A DNA stretch of 47,172 nt, taken from contig JAZBNQ010000034.1 of the NCBI GenBank assembly GCA_036350775.1, forward strand, positions 1 through 47,172, read 5' to 3'. Below the pieces are notes generated by a model, which had not been told where the DNA came from, ran no database searches, and worked only from the letters and a program-made list of their open reading frames with translations. Within the stretch, counting starts at the first letter, position 1, and each line of letters begins with the position of its first letter. Of this stretch, positions 26,224-36,466 are shown piece by piece. Position numbers and translations under genes: made by a program. The stretch is from Mariniphaga sp. Its GTDB lineage: Bacteria > Bacteroidota > Bacteroidia > Bacteroidales > Prolixibacteraceae.

Positions 26224-28059
26224 TTATTTGAACAGCTGTTTAATCATATCTTCCTTCCCTTTCGCTTTCAATTCCTGAATAATTGATTTCCGGTATTCGC
26301 GTTTGTACCAAAAGAAAAACTTGCGTTGCTCCCGTTTATCTTTTTGTTTGCGGGCGGTGTAAACTTTCTCCATGGTGTAAGGATGATAGCCTGAATAGTA
26401 AATTACCGTGGCCAAAGTCATTGGCGTTGGCGTAAAGTCCTGCACCTGTTCCAGCCTGAAATCCATGTTTTTAGTCTGAATAGCCAGGTTCGCCATATCT
26501 TCTGATTTGCTTCCCGGGTGACTTGAAATAAAATATGGAATGAGCTGCTGATCCAGTTTTTCTTCCTTGTTTATCTTTTTGAACTCTTTATTGAGTTCCT
26601 CAAACAGTTTAAACGAAGGTTTTCGCATAAACTTCAGCACCTCGTCGGAAGTATGTTCCGGAGCCACTTTTAATCTCCCCGAAACATGATTTTTAATTAC
26701 CTCGCGCAAATATTGCCTGTTTATTTTGTCAGTTTCTTCGTTTCCCGTTTTCTCCAGAATCATGTCGTAACGGATTCCGCTTCCCACAAAGGCTTTTTTT
26801 ACTTTTGGGTTTTCCCGTACTTTTTTATACAGGTCGAGCATGGGTTTATGGCTGGTATCCAAATTCTTGCAAATGGAAGGAAAAATACATGAGGCACGTT
26901 TGCACTTCCGGCAAATTTCTTCGTGAATGCCTTTCATTTTATACATGTTGGCAGAGGGGCCGCCCAAATCAGAAATGTATCCTTTAAAATCAGGCATTTG
27001 GGTTACTTTTTCAACTTCCTTTAAAACCGATTTTTCTGAACGGCTGACAATGAATTTCCCCTGGTGTGCCGAAATGGTGCAAAACGTACAGCCGCCAAAG
27101 CAGCCGCGGTGAATATTTATGGAATGGCGAATCATTTCGTATGCAGGAATAGTTCCTTTCCCGTTGTAACGCGGATGCGGCAGCCTGGTGTAAGGCAAAT
27201 CATAAACCCGGTCAATTTCCTGTTCGGTAAAAACCGGCCATGGAGGATTAACTACAATCTGCTTATTTCCAACGCTCTGTATCAATTTCTTAGCTTCCAA
27301 CTTGTTGGATTCTTCTTCGATGTGCATAAAATTGCGGGCGTATTTTTTTTTGTCCTTCAGACATTCTTCATGTGACGAGAGTTGAAATTCATTCCACTCT
27401 TTTTTAGTTGCGTATTTTTTATTGGAATCAACCAAAAAAACTGTTTGCGGAATTGTAGTAAGGTTTGAGGCCGGAACCCCACGTTGCACCAGACGGGCAA
27501 ATTCCACTATTGATTTTTCGCCCATTCCGTAAAAAAGAAAATCAGCACCCGAATCAACCAAAATGGAAGGCATTAACCGGTCCGACCAGTAATCGTAATG
27601 GGTTAAACGTCTCAACGAAGCTTCGATACCACCAATTATCAACGGTACATCCGGATAAAGATTTTTTAGAATATTGGAATAGACAATGGTTGCATAGTCA
27701 GGCCGTTGATCGGTTCTCCCACCGGGAGTGTAGGCATCATTTGAACGTTTCCGTTTGTTGGCTGTGTAGTGGTTTACCATCGAATCCATGTTGCCTCCGG
27801 TTACAGCAAAAAACAGCCTTGGTTGGCCCAGTTTTTTAAAATCGCGTAAATCATCCTGCCAGTTAGGTTGTGGCACAATGGCAACTTTCAATCCTTCAGC
27901 CTCAAGTATGCGCCCGATAACTGCAGCACCAAATGATGGATGATCGATATAGGCATCGCCGGTAAACAGAATGACATCGGGTTGCTGCCATCCCAAATCC
28001 TCCATCTCTTTTCGTGATGTAGGCAGCCAGTTTTCAGTATTTTCCAAACTCTTCTTCAT
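26224..28059 (-). CDS. YgiQ/UPF0313 family radical SAM protein
   Basis: GDAYIDHPSFG, GGIEASLRR..HYDYWSD, RGCFGGCTFC, DLGGPSANMY and QVQDFTPTPMT. ATG at 28059 preferred. Confidence 0.93.
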   Translation of the reverse strand: MKKSLENTENWLPTSRKEMEDLGWQQPDVILFTGDAYIDHPSFGAAVIGRILEAEGLKVAIVPQPNWQDDLRDFKKLGQPRLFFAVTGGNMDSMVNHYTANKRKRSNDAYTPGGRTDQRPDYATIVYSNILKNLYPDVPLIIGGIEASLRRLTHYDYWSDRLMPSILVDSGADFLFYGMGEKSIVEFARLVQRGVPASNLTTIPQTVFLVDSNKKYATKKEWNEFQLSSHEECLKDKKKYARNFMHIEEESNKLEAKKLIQSVGNKQIVVNPPWPVFTEQEIDRVYDLPYTRLPHPRYNGKGTIPAYEMIRHSINIHRGCFGGCTFCTISAHQGKFIVSRSEKSVLKEVEKVTQMPDFKGYISDLGGPSANMYKMKGIHEEICRKCKRASCIFPSICKNLDTSHKPMLDLYKKVRENPKVKKAFVGSGIRYDMILEKTGNEETDKINRQYLREVIKNHVSGRLKVAPEHTSDEVLKFMRKPSFKLFEELNKEFKKINKEEKLDQQLIPYFISSHPGSKSEDMANLAIQTKNMDFRLEQVQDFTPTPMTLATVIYYSGYHPYTMEKVYTARKQKDKREQRKFFFWYKREYRKSIIQELKAKGKEDMIKQLFK

Positions 28060-28112
28060 AATAACTCTTGCCAAGAATAACAATTTATTTCCGGTTTTGA
28101 TGAAAATACTGT

Positions 28113-28120
28113 TATTTTTG
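28113..28120 (+). promoter_or_regulatory. Sigma-A -7 element upstream of the acyltransferase gene
   Basis: TATTTTTG in the divergent intergenic region. Confidence 0.45.
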
Positions 28121-28167
28121 TTTTTGAATTTTGCTTTGTTTTCTGCGGAAAACGTAATAAATATTCA

Positions 28168-29967
28168 ATGGAACTATTAAAACTGAAGGACATTTTCAAG
28201 ACTCCTCCTGCCCTTTCGCTTTTCGGTGGTGAGTATTTCGCCAAATTTCTGATGTATATTCTCCGTTTCAATAAACTGAACAAAATTTATGAACAGATTG
28301 CTTCAAAAAAGGGAATTGACTTTATTGATGAAATCATACGGGTACTTGAATTTAAGATTGAATTTGATGAAAACGAGTTAAAAAAAATTCCGTCAACCGG
28401 ACCACTAATAGTGGTTGCCAACCATCCTTTTGGCGGATTTGACGGATTATTGCTCATCAAATATCTTTCGCAGGTTAGACCTGATGTAAAAGTAATTGGA
28501 AATTTTCTGATGCAGAAAGTAGATCCGGTTTCAGAATATTTTATCCCTGACAATCCATTTAATAATACTGATCCCGAAAAACAGGAAAAAGAATGCAAAG
28601 GGGCTACCGAAGCTTTAACCCATTTGGATAACGGGGGAATTTTATGTCTATTTCCGGCCGGTGATTTGAGCACCTACGGAACTTTCGACAGCATAACCGA
28701 CCAGGTTTGGCAGTTCCCGATTGTAAAATTTGTAAAAAAAGCCAGAGTTCCTGTTGTTCCTGCCTATTTTCAGGGAACAAACAGCCGGTTGTTTCACTTT
28801 TTTGCCAAAATACATCCCTCTTTACGCCAGGTGAGACTGCCTTCGGAGTTACTGAGTAAAAAACACAAAACCATCAAATTACGGATTGGAACACCATTAA
28901 AAGTTGAAGATCAGGATAAATTTTGCGATGTGTACCAGTTTGGGCGTTTTATCCGGGCCAAAACTTACAGCATGGAATCGCCCATTGAGGTAAAACGCTT
29001 TTTTAATTATAATCTGAAGCCACAGCACAAACCCGAAACGATTATCGAGCCGGTAGCTAAAGAAAAGATTTTGGCAGAAATCCAAAAAATCAAATCCGAT
29101 TTTACGCTTTTCAACCTAAAAAACTACACTGCGTTTTGCGCACCATCAGAAGAAATACCAAATATTCTCACCGAAGTCGGTCGTTTGCGGGAAATCACAT
29201 TCAGGGAAGTTGGAGAAGGAACAAACCGTAGCATCGACATAGACGAGTTTGATTTGTACTATCATCAGATGTTTATCTGGGATGAAGAGGAAGAAAGAAT
29301 TGTTGGAGCTTACCGAATCGGAAAAGGAAAAGATATTTTGGAACAGTATGGAAAGCGTGGCTTTTACCTGCAATCGCTGTTTAGAATTAGTGACGATTTT
29401 AAACCTGTACTAAACGAAAGTCTTGAACTTGGCCGTTCGTTTGTAATAAAAGAATACCAGCGAAAACCGATGCCGCTGTTCCTGCTGTGGAAAGGAATTT
29501 TGTATTTTCTTTTGAAAAACCCTGAATACCGCTACCTGATTGGCCCGGTAAGCATCAGTAACAACTATTCTAAAATATCGAAAGACCTCATCATTCGATT
29601 TATCATGCGGAACCACCTGAACTGGAAAATGGCACAATTTGTTAAACCACGCAACAGCTATAAATTTAAAAGTGACAATGCAGACATTAACATATTAATG
29701 GAAAACATGGAGCATGATATAAACCGCCTCGACAAAGCTATCGGTGATTTGGATGAACTGAATTCGGGACTTCCGGTTTTGTTGAAAAAGTACATTAAAT
29801 TGAATGCCAAAATTATCGCATTCAATGTAGATCCGAAGTTTAACAACTGCCTCGACGGGCTTATTATGCTTGATGTAAACGATGTGCCCAAAAGCACCAT
29901 TGAATCGCTTTCAAAAGAAGCCAACGACGGATCAATCCTGGAACGGTTTTATTCACATCGTGAATAG
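28168..29967 (+). CDS. Bifunctional PlsC-type acyltransferase / GNAT N-acyltransferase (OlsF-like aminolipid synthase)
   Basis: N-terminal VVANHPFGGFDG and LFPAG; C-terminal GRLREITFREVGEG, DIDEFD, IVGAYR and LELGRSFV. Confidence 0.85.
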   Translation: MELLKLKDIFKTPPALSLFGGEYFAKFLMYILRFNKLNKIYEQIASKKGIDFIDEIIRVLEFKIEFDENELKKIPSTGPLIVVANHPFGGFDGLLLIKYLSQVRPDVKVIGNFLMQKVDPVSEYFIPDNPFNNTDPEKQEKECKGATEALTHLDNGGILCLFPAGDLSTYGTFDSITDQVWQFPIVKFVKKARVPVVPAYFQGTNSRLFHFFAKIHPSLRQVRLPSELLSKKHKTIKLRIGTPLKVEDQDKFCDVYQFGRFIRAKTYSMESPIEVKRFFNYNLKPQHKPETIIEPVAKEKILAEIQKIKSDFTLFNLKNYTAFCAPSEEIPNILTEVGRLREITFREVGEGTNRSIDIDEFDLYYHQMFIWDEEEERIVGAYRIGKGKDILEQYGKRGFYLQSLFRISDDFKPVLNESLELGRSFVIKEYQRKPMPLFLLWKGILYFLLKNPEYRYLIGPVSISNNYSKISKDLIIRFIMRNHLNWKMAQFVKPRNSYKFKSDNADINILMENMEHDINRLDKAIGDLDELNSGLPVLLKKYIKLNAKIIAFNVDPKFNNCLDGLIMLDVNDVPKSTIESLSKEANDGSILERFYSHRE

Positions 29968-29971
29968 CCGG

Positions 29972-30574
29972 CTATTTCCAGTATTCAAACATTTTACCAT
30001 TTTTACCTAAAACCGGGTCATTTGTTGGCAAAGGAACCCGCGAAATATTTTGTCTGGCATTTTTCGTTTCATCCGCTTTGCCGTAATTCATATCCCAGCT
30101 TTGACTGTCGGGGTAAGCGCCAACAACCGCAAATCCTCCGCCGGAATCAATTCGCTTGTGGGCCGTTCCAGCTGGCAGAACTACCAAATCGCCCTTTTCA
30201 ATTTTAACCGGATCATTTTCTGGTCCTCCCAGTTGAACAACTGCCCAGCCCGAATAAACGCCAAGTGCCTCATGAGCCGTAGAATGGTAATGCTGAAAAT
30301 TGTAAATTCCGTTTCGCCATGAGCCTCCCCAATTATTTTGGGAAAAAATTCTTTCAATATCTGCTGCCGGATCGGATTTCGAAAAATCAAATACATTTTT
30401 ATAAAGCAAAACCGGCAAATCGGGATTATTGGGAAAATTCCCGTTTTCAGAAAAAAGTAAGGTTTTTATTTCTGCTGATGGATTTATTTGTGCCTGCATA
30501 CCATTAAAAATTTGAAGTGTGAAAACCAGTAAAACAAATCTTAAATGCATTTCAACAATATTTTTACGATTCAA
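29972..30574 (-). CDS. YjlB-like cupin protein
   Basis: FPNNPDLPVLLY, WRNGIYNFQHYHSTAHEAL, GDLVVLPAGTAH, VVGAYP and VPLP..DPV.G. The exact start is uncertain. Confidence 0.85.
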   Translation of the reverse strand: MNRKNIVEMHLRFVLLVFTLQIFNGMQAQINPSAEIKTLLFSENGNFPNNPDLPVLLYKNVFDFSKSDPAADIERIFSQNNWGGSWRNGIYNFQHYHSTAHEALGVYSGWAVVQLGGPENDPVKIEKGDLVVLPAGTAHKRIDSGGGFAVVGAYPDSQSWDMNYGKADETKNARQNISRVPLPTNDPVLGKNGKMFEYWK

Positions 30575-30668
30575 TTTTTACAACAAGTTAAGGATACTTT
30601 TTGTTATTTTGGCGCCTTTAAAATGCTGAATAACCAAAGTTCAATAAAAAAGATTCAAAATATAAAAA

Positions 30669-31601
30669 ATGATAAGAAATACTAAAAACTATCTTCTGCT
30701 TATACTCAAAGGAATGGGAATGGGAGCAGCGGATGTGGTTCCGGGAGTTTCGGGAGGAACGATTGCTTTTATAACCGGAATTTATGAAGAGTTAATTGAC
30801 TCTATTAAATCAATAAATTTTCCTGCACTAAAGCTTTTATTCTCATTTAAAATAGCTGCATTTTGGAAAGCCATCAATGGAAGCTTCCTTATCAGTGTTT
30901 TATTCGGAATCGGAATCAGCATATTTTCACTGGCCAAAGGACTGGAGTTTCTGCTTCACCACTATCCAATTCTGGTTTGGGCATTCTTTTTTGGACTGAT
31001 TGTAGCCTCGGCCATTTATATTGCCCGCACCATAAAAAAATGGGATGCAGGAACTGTTATTGCAGGAGTTGCAGGAATTGTGGTGGCTTATTTCATCACA
31101 GTTATTTCGCCTGCTGAAGCTAATACCACGTGGTTGTTTATTTTCATTTCGGGATCCATTGCCATTTGCGCTATGATTTTACCAGGAATTTCAGGCAGTT
31201 TCATTTTAGTTTTGCTGGGCATGTACAAATTTATTTTGTCGGCTGTCGGCGATCTAAATATCCCGGTTTTGCTTGTATTTATTGCAGGTGCTGCTATCGG
31301 AATTATTGCATTTTCCAATTTGCTTTCGTGGCTGCTGAAAAAATTTCACAACCTGACCATTGCTGTGCTGGCTGGATTTATGGTTGGTTCGCTCAATAAA
31401 ATCTGGCCTTGGAAAAAAGTTACCGAAACTTTTATTGACCGGCATGGTGAAATAAGGCCACTGGCAGAAAAAAATATTTTACCCGGAACTTACGAGAACT
31501 TAACAGGAAACGAAGCATGGTTATTGGGCGCCATTCTGTTGGCTGTTTTTGGTTTTGCCCTTATTTTTGTGGTTGAAGGATTAACAAAACAAAAGAAATG
31601 A
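30669..31601 (+). CDS. DUF368 family membrane protein (undecaprenyl-phosphate translocase, PopT-like)
   Basis: KGMGMGAADVVPGVSGGTIAFITGIYE and AICAMILPGISGSFILVLLG. Confidence 0.92.
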   Translation: MIRNTKNYLLLILKGMGMGAADVVPGVSGGTIAFITGIYEELIDSIKSINFPALKLLFSFKIAAFWKAINGSFLISVLFGIGISIFSLAKGLEFLLHHYPILVWAFFFGLIVASAIYIARTIKKWDAGTVIAGVAGIVVAYFITVISPAEANTTWLFIFISGSIAICAMILPGISGSFILVLLGMYKFILSAVGDLNIPVLLVFIAGAAIGIIAFSNLLSWLLKKFHNLTIAVLAGFMVGSLNKIWPWKKVTETFIDRHGEIRPLAEKNILPGTYENLTGNEAWLLGAILLAVFGFALIFVVEGLTKQKK

Positions 31602-32341
31602 AAAAATACGGATTGATTGGATTTCCATTGACCCATTCCTTTTCAAAACAGTTTTTTACTCAAAAATTTGAAAAGGAAAATGTAAATGCATTTTATGAAA
31701 ATTTTGAGATTGAAGACATTTCCTGGTTTCCGGATGTTGTGAGAAACAATCCGGAACTAATTGGCCTGAATGTAACTATTCCCTACAAACAAATGGTAAT
31801 TAATTTTTTAAATGAATTGGATGTAGCTGCAGAGGAAGTGGGCGCTGTGAACACTATAAAAATAAAAAGAAAGGGAGAACGAATTCTTTTAAAAGGATAT
31901 AACACAGACACATGGGGTTTTGAAACTTCCTTAAAACCATTATTAAAAAAACACCACGAAAAAGCTTTGATTTTGGGAACGGGTGGTGCTTCTAAAGCCA
32001 TTAAATATGTGCTGCACAAACTAGGCATTGATTTTATTTCTGCCTCAATTGAAGAGTTACAGAAAAGGGAAATCAGGTATGAAGATATCGATAAAAAAAT
32101 GATAGCCGAACGCATGTTAATCATTAATGCCACACCACTTGGAACATACCCGAAAGTTGAAACCTACCCTCCGATTCCTTACAAACATATTACTAAAAAT
32201 CATTTGTTGTTCGATTTGGTTTACAATCCTGAAGTAACTCAATTTATGGAAAAAGGGAAAGAAAAAGGAGCAGTAGTTAAAAACGGTTACGAAATGCTGG
32301 TACAACAAGCATTAAAATCTTATGAAATCTGGAATACATAA
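31598..32341 (+). CDS. aroE: Shikimate dehydrogenase
   Basis: GLIGFPLTHSFS, GLNVTIPYK, GAVNT, GYNTD, LGTGGA, INATPLG, DLVYNP and NGYEMLVQQA. Confidence 0.95.
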   Translation: MKKYGLIGFPLTHSFSKQFFTQKFEKENVNAFYENFEIEDISWFPDVVRNNPELIGLNVTIPYKQMVINFLNELDVAAEEVGAVNTIKIKRKGERILLKGYNTDTWGFETSLKPLLKKHHEKALILGTGGASKAIKYVLHKLGIDFISASIEELQKREIRYEDIDKKMIAERMLIINATPLGTYPKVETYPPIPYKHITKNHLLFDLVYNPEVTQFMEKGKEKGAVVKNGYEMLVQQALKSYEIWNT

Positions 32342-32345
32342 GGGA

Positions 32346-32822
32346 ATGGAAGAAAAGAAAAGAATATTATTCGTTTGTATGGGAAACATTTGCCGCTCGC
32401 CCAGTGCAGAGGCGGTTTTTACAGGAATGGCCTTAAAAGAAGGGATAATTGGAAAATTTGAAATTGATTCGGCAGGAACCGGCGCCTGGCATGCAGGCGA
32501 ACCTGCTGACAAACGTATGCAAAAACATGCAATTAAACGGGGCTACAATCTGACAAGTATAGCCCGGCAATTCGATCCGGGCATTGATTTTGACCATTTT
32601 GATTTGATTGTGGCCATGGACGATGATAATGTGCATTCGCTAAAAAGTATGGCCCGTAACGAAAACGATTTGGAGAAAATTCACAAAATGACGGACTTTA
32701 GAAAGGAATGGAATTACGATGAAGTTCCCGATCCGTATTACGGTGGAGATGAAGGTTTTGAATTGGTGCTTGACTTGCTGGAAGATGCTTGTGAAGGTTT
32801 GCTCGAAAAAGTTAAGCAGTAA
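32346..32822 (+). CDS. Low-molecular-weight protein tyrosine phosphatase
   Basis: P-loop FVCMGNICRS, DSAGT and VPDPYYG. ATG at 32346 preferred. Confidence 0.95.
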   Translation: MEEKKRILFVCMGNICRSPSAEAVFTGMALKEGIIGKFEIDSAGTGAWHAGEPADKRMQKHAIKRGYNLTSIARQFDPGIDFDHFDLIVAMDDDNVHSLKSMARNENDLEKIHKMTDFRKEWNYDEVPDPYYGGDEGFELVLDLLEDACEGLLEKVKQ

Positions 32823-32833
32823 TTATCCTGTAT

Positions 32834-33541
32834 TCACTGAATAATTTCCACTGAAACGGAAACAAAACCTGGTTGTTGTTCCAGTTCATTGGCAAGTTGC
32901 TGAACATCGAGGTTCCTGGTTACGGCAACCAAAAAAGTAATTTTATCGGTTGCCTCATTCACGTTGCGGTCGAATCCGGTGGAATTTATTCTTACATCCT
33001 GCATCTTAAACACATCTTCAAAAGTTTGAATTCCGGAAAAATTCTTTTTAACAGTTAATTCAATCCTGCGTAAGGTTCTTTCCTTAAAAATCAATTTTTC
33101 AAACAAATTCATTGCTGTTAACGCAAACAGAACCACTGCCACCCCAATGAGACTAACCGTGTACATTCCAGCTCCAACTGCCAAACCAACTGCTGCCATT
33201 GCCCAAATGGATGCAGCAGTGGTAAGACCTTTTACATTGGCGCCAAATTTTAAAATTGCTCCGGCTCCCAGAAAACCAATCCCTGAAACTACCTGAGCTG
33301 CAATGCGCCCAGGGTCGCCATTCTGAAATTCTGTGAATGTTTGTGGAATAAATATGGAAATAAGCATTACCATGGTAGAACCAATGCTGATAAGAATATG
33401 TGTTCGCAGTCCGGCAGGCTGATTATGGGTTTCCCGCTCAAAACCAATAAGTGCCCCTAAAATAAAACTGATGAGAAACCTTGCCAGGGCAGTTTCCCAG
33501 GTAATCTGGTCCGACATGAAAACCTGATTCAAATATTCCAT
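32834..33541 (-). CDS. MgtC/SapB family membrane protein
   Basis: GFERE..QPAGLRTH, DPGRIAAQVVSGIGFLGAG and GLTTAASIW. Confidence 0.93.
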   Translation of the reverse strand: MEYLNQVFMSDQITWETALARFLISFILGALIGFERETHNQPAGLRTHILISIGSTMVMLISIFIPQTFTEFQNGDPGRIAAQVVSGIGFLGAGAILKFGANVKGLTTAASIWAMAAVGLAVGAGMYTVSLIGVAVVLFALTAMNLFEKLIFKERTLRRIELTVKKNFSGIQTFEDVFKMQDVRINSTGFDRNVNEATDKITFLVAVTRNLDVQQLANELEQQPGFVSVSVEIIQ

Positions 33542-33630
33542 AAATCCATTTATTATTGTACGAATTTACGAAATAAAAAAGAATCATAAGAAGTGACTAC
33601 ATGTCAGTATATTCCAATTTGCACTCAGTT

Positions 33631-34098
33631 TTAATTATCAAAATGATAGAGAAAAGTTACCAGGGCATCATAAGCCGGTTTTTTTTGGCCTTCAATTTCT
33701 GCCACAATCTTCACCTGAATCTTGGCTACTCCGCGCAGATTCTTAATATCGTGCAACGATACAATGGCCCGAATTTTATCGTTTACCAAAACGGGTTGCT
33801 GAAATTTCAATTTTTCAATGCCGTAGTTTACAATCATTTTTACATTACGTACATCAACAATTGAATACCAGAGGTAAGTAAGCATGGAAACAGTTAAATA
33901 GCCATGTGCAATGGTAGTTTTAAACGGCGATTCTTTGGCAGCTCGTTCAGGATTGGTATGAATCCATTGATAATCTAACGTAGCATCGGCAAATTTATCG
34001 ATTTGTTCCTGGGTAATCTGAATAAACTCTGAGGTCCCTATTTCTTTTCCGAGAAATGATTCAAACTCTTTGTAACTATTAATGATTGTTTTTCCCAT
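33631..34098 (-). CDS. MaoC family dehydratase (NodN-like)
   Basis: ITQEQIDKFADAT.DYQWIH, TIAHGYLT and NYGIEKLKF..PV. Confidence 0.92.
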   Translation of the reverse strand: MGKTIINSYKEFESFLGKEIGTSEFIQITQEQIDKFADATLDYQWIHTNPERAAKESPFKTTIAHGYLTVSMLTYLWYSIVDVRNVKMIVNYGIEKLKFQQPVLVNDKIRAIVSLHDIKNLRGVAKIQVKIVAEIEGQKKPAYDALVTFLYHFDN

Positions 34099-34285
34099 TT
34101 TGAGTTAATTATTCTGGCTGCAAAGAAAACTATTTTCCCTCTTTTACGGAAGGAAATAGTGCCGGCACCATAAAATTCATATTGGTTTGCGAAAACTTTT
34201 CCGAATATTAAGCCTGGCTGTTCCAATCTTAAACAATACTGATTTGTTTGATTAATTTCTCACCTTTGCAGTTACACATTTCAAA

Positions 34286-35224
34286 ATGAAAAATATAGTT
34301 AACAGTACAACATTTCTGGCACTCGTTGCCACCTGGCTTTGGTCCACTGCATTTGCAGGCGTCAAAATTGGGCTGGAATATCACTCTCCACTTCAGTTTG
34401 CAGGCATTCGGTTTTTTATTTCCGGAGTTTTAATCTTTATTCTTTTTGGAAATTACCGCAGGTTTTTTCAGGAAATTAAGGCAAACCTCAAACTTGTATT
34501 ATGGCTTTCACTCATTCAAATTTTTGCACAATATGCACTTTTCTATAGCGGATTAAATCTGGTTCCCGGAGCACTCGGTGCCATGATTATTGGATCTTCT
34601 CCACTTTTTATAGCAATTATTGCCCATTTTGCTTTCCATAACGACAAAATGACTCCGATGAAAACCTTTAGTATTCTGCTTGGTGTGGGTGGAATTGCGA
34701 TTATTACTTTAGGACGTACCAAAATTGAAATGAGGGGAGAACTTGAATTTTTGGGCATTGGTCTGCTTTTGGCAAACAATCTGGTTGCCGGTTACGCCAA
34801 TGTGCTGGTTTCCAAATCGCCCAAAGCAATTTCACCTCTCGTGCTCAGTTCATCCACCCTCATGATTGGGGGCCTTTTGCTTTCTATTGTATCTATTCCG
34901 GTGGAGGGGATTAACACCGGTCCCTTCCCTGCAAAATATTATATTGCACTGGCCTGGCTAAGTTTTTTATCTGCTGCTGCTATTTCTATCTGGTTCGTTC
35001 TTCTGAGACGTCCGGGAGTGAAAGTGTCCGTATTAAATGTTTGGAAATTTTTGATTCCTGTTTCCGGCGCTGTTTTAAGCTGGCTTATCCTTGAAAATGA
35101 ACATCCCGATTTACCTTCCATAATAGGAATGGTTGGAATTGCAGGGTCATTGCTTTCGCTTAATTATGCCAACAGAAAAGCGATAAAAAAGGCCGGACTG
35201 CAAAAATCCGGCCTCAGCAAATGA
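34286..35224 (+). CDS. DMT/EamA family transporter
   Basis: LWSTAFAGVKIGL..SPLQFAGIRF and two EamA halves with about 10 TM segments. Confidence 0.9.
   Translation: MKNIVNSTTFLALVATWLWSTAFAGVKIGLEYHSPLQFAGIRFFISGVLIFILFGNYRRFFQEIKANLKLVLWLSLIQIFAQYALFYSGLNLVPGALGAMIIGSSPLFIAIIAHFAFHNDKMTPMKTFSILLGVGGIAIITLGRTKIEMRGELEFLGIGLLLANNLVAGYANVLVSKSPKAISPLVLSSSTLMIGGLLLSIVSIPVEGINTGPFPAKYYIALAWLSFLSAAAISIWFVLLRRPGVKVSVLNVWKFLIPVSGAVLSWLILENEHPDLPSIIGMVGIAGSLLSLNYANRKAIKKAGLQKSGLSK
35185..35214 (-). terminator. Intrinsic terminator for the DUF1080 gene, embedded in the eamA 3' end
   Basis: aggccgga (35190-35197) / tccggcct (35207-35214), followed by a U-run on the minus strand. Confidence 0.65.
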
Positions 35225-35237
35225 AATATCTTTTCAG

Positions 35238-36071
35238 TTAATTTTCATCCAAAACCAGCAATTCAATTTTCCTAAAATCTGTAGGATGGCTTTCGGCCTG
35301 TATTGAAATCGATCCGGAGGTAATTATTTTATCTCCAAATTCCGAAATCATTTTATCGTAATATTGATCGCGGGGATCAAGTTGAGGCTTTTCATAGCTC
35401 ATTACCTCTTCTCCTTCCACAAAATGCCGGATTATCTCACCTCCCCTAACTTCCACTTCAACAGTTACCCATTGGTCTCCATGAAAAGTTTTTGAATCAG
35501 AAGTGGTGCAATGTTGTTCAACTAAAACGTCATCCATAACTACATTGGTACCTGGGGTACAAAGATTCATGGTCGAACGTTCGTCGGTTCCGTTTCCGCC
35601 AAGTAACTGCACCTCAATGGAAGTTGGAAAATCCTGGTCAATCTCCATTGATTCGGCACTTTGTCCGTGTATCATTAGTCCGTTGTTTCGGAATGCCCAG
35701 CCTGGACCTCCTTTTACTTGTTCATCTACAAAACGATATTCAACACGCAACCGGTAATGCGAAAACTCGCCGTTATAAAACATATGTCCGAACTGACTGC
35801 CCCATTCATCCCATTCATCGTAACGCACCCGCAATAAACCGTCCTCAACTCTGAAGGTATTATTGAAATTATACCCCAGCTCGTAACCTGTAAACTTAAT
35901 TTGCCAGTCATTCAAATCTTTTCCATTAAATAACTGTATCCAGTTCTCTTCAGACTCAGGCTGAGCCGATTTTTCATTTCCTTCTTGAGATTTTTGCCCT
36001 GAACCACAGGCAGTAAATAAAAAGGTTGTACCAATTATGACAGATATAATACCAAAAATTGAAACGCGCAT
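35238..36071 (-). CDS. DUF1080 (3-keto-disaccharide hydrolase-like) lipoprotein
   Basis: Lipobox FTAC, WIQLFNGKDL..W, NNGLM.H, SIEVQLLG and ISIQAESHP..FRKIEL. Confidence 0.9.
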   Translation of the reverse strand: MRVSIFGIISVIIGTTFLFTACGSGQKSQEGNEKSAQPESEENWIQLFNGKDLNDWQIKFTGYELGYNFNNTFRVEDGLLRVRYDEWDEWGSQFGHMFYNGEFSHYRLRVEYRFVDEQVKGGPGWAFRNNGLMIHGQSAESMEIDQDFPTSIEVQLLGGNGTDERSTMNLCTPGTNVVMDDVLVEQHCTTSDSKTFHGDQWVTVEVEVRGGEIIRHFVEGEEVMSYEKPQLDPRDQYYDKMISEFGDKIITSGSISIQAESHPTDFRKIELLVLDEN

Positions 36072-36292
36072 AGAATTATTTTTAAATCATTTAACATTAA
36101 AATAATGAAGGGTAAAGGTAAAAAAAATGACATTATGTTTTTCTGAAAATGCAATTAAATTCTCTTAAAGAATAGGTGTATGAATCCGATCAGGTCTATA
36201 ATTATTATTGTAATTTTCTAAATTCGAATGAATGTTAATTCATTGTTAACGAAAAAAAATGCAAAATACTATCCTAAAACATAAAAAAATCA

Positions 36293-36300
36293 TATTTTTG
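36293..36300 (+). promoter_or_regulatory. Candidate sigma-A -7 element upstream of the WecA-like gene
   Basis: TATTTTTG in an AT-rich intergenic region, where a chance match is possible. Confidence 0.35.
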
Positions 36301-36466
36301 CTCATCTGAATTGGAAGAAGAATGACGCGAATGAAGATAAAAATCAGATTAAGACATAATTTATTTTGTTGGTATTAAAGTTTCAATCTTTTGTTTTGTA
36401 AAGTTTGAATTATAGTACATTATGATTTTTTTTTAAAATTTTTGCAAACACTAATTAATATCTAAA

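Noticed and set aside
29963-29976. Perfect palindrome aatagccggctatt between convergent genes
   Set aside because: It arises mostly from two facing TAG stops around ccgg; there is no loop or U-tract to support a terminator.
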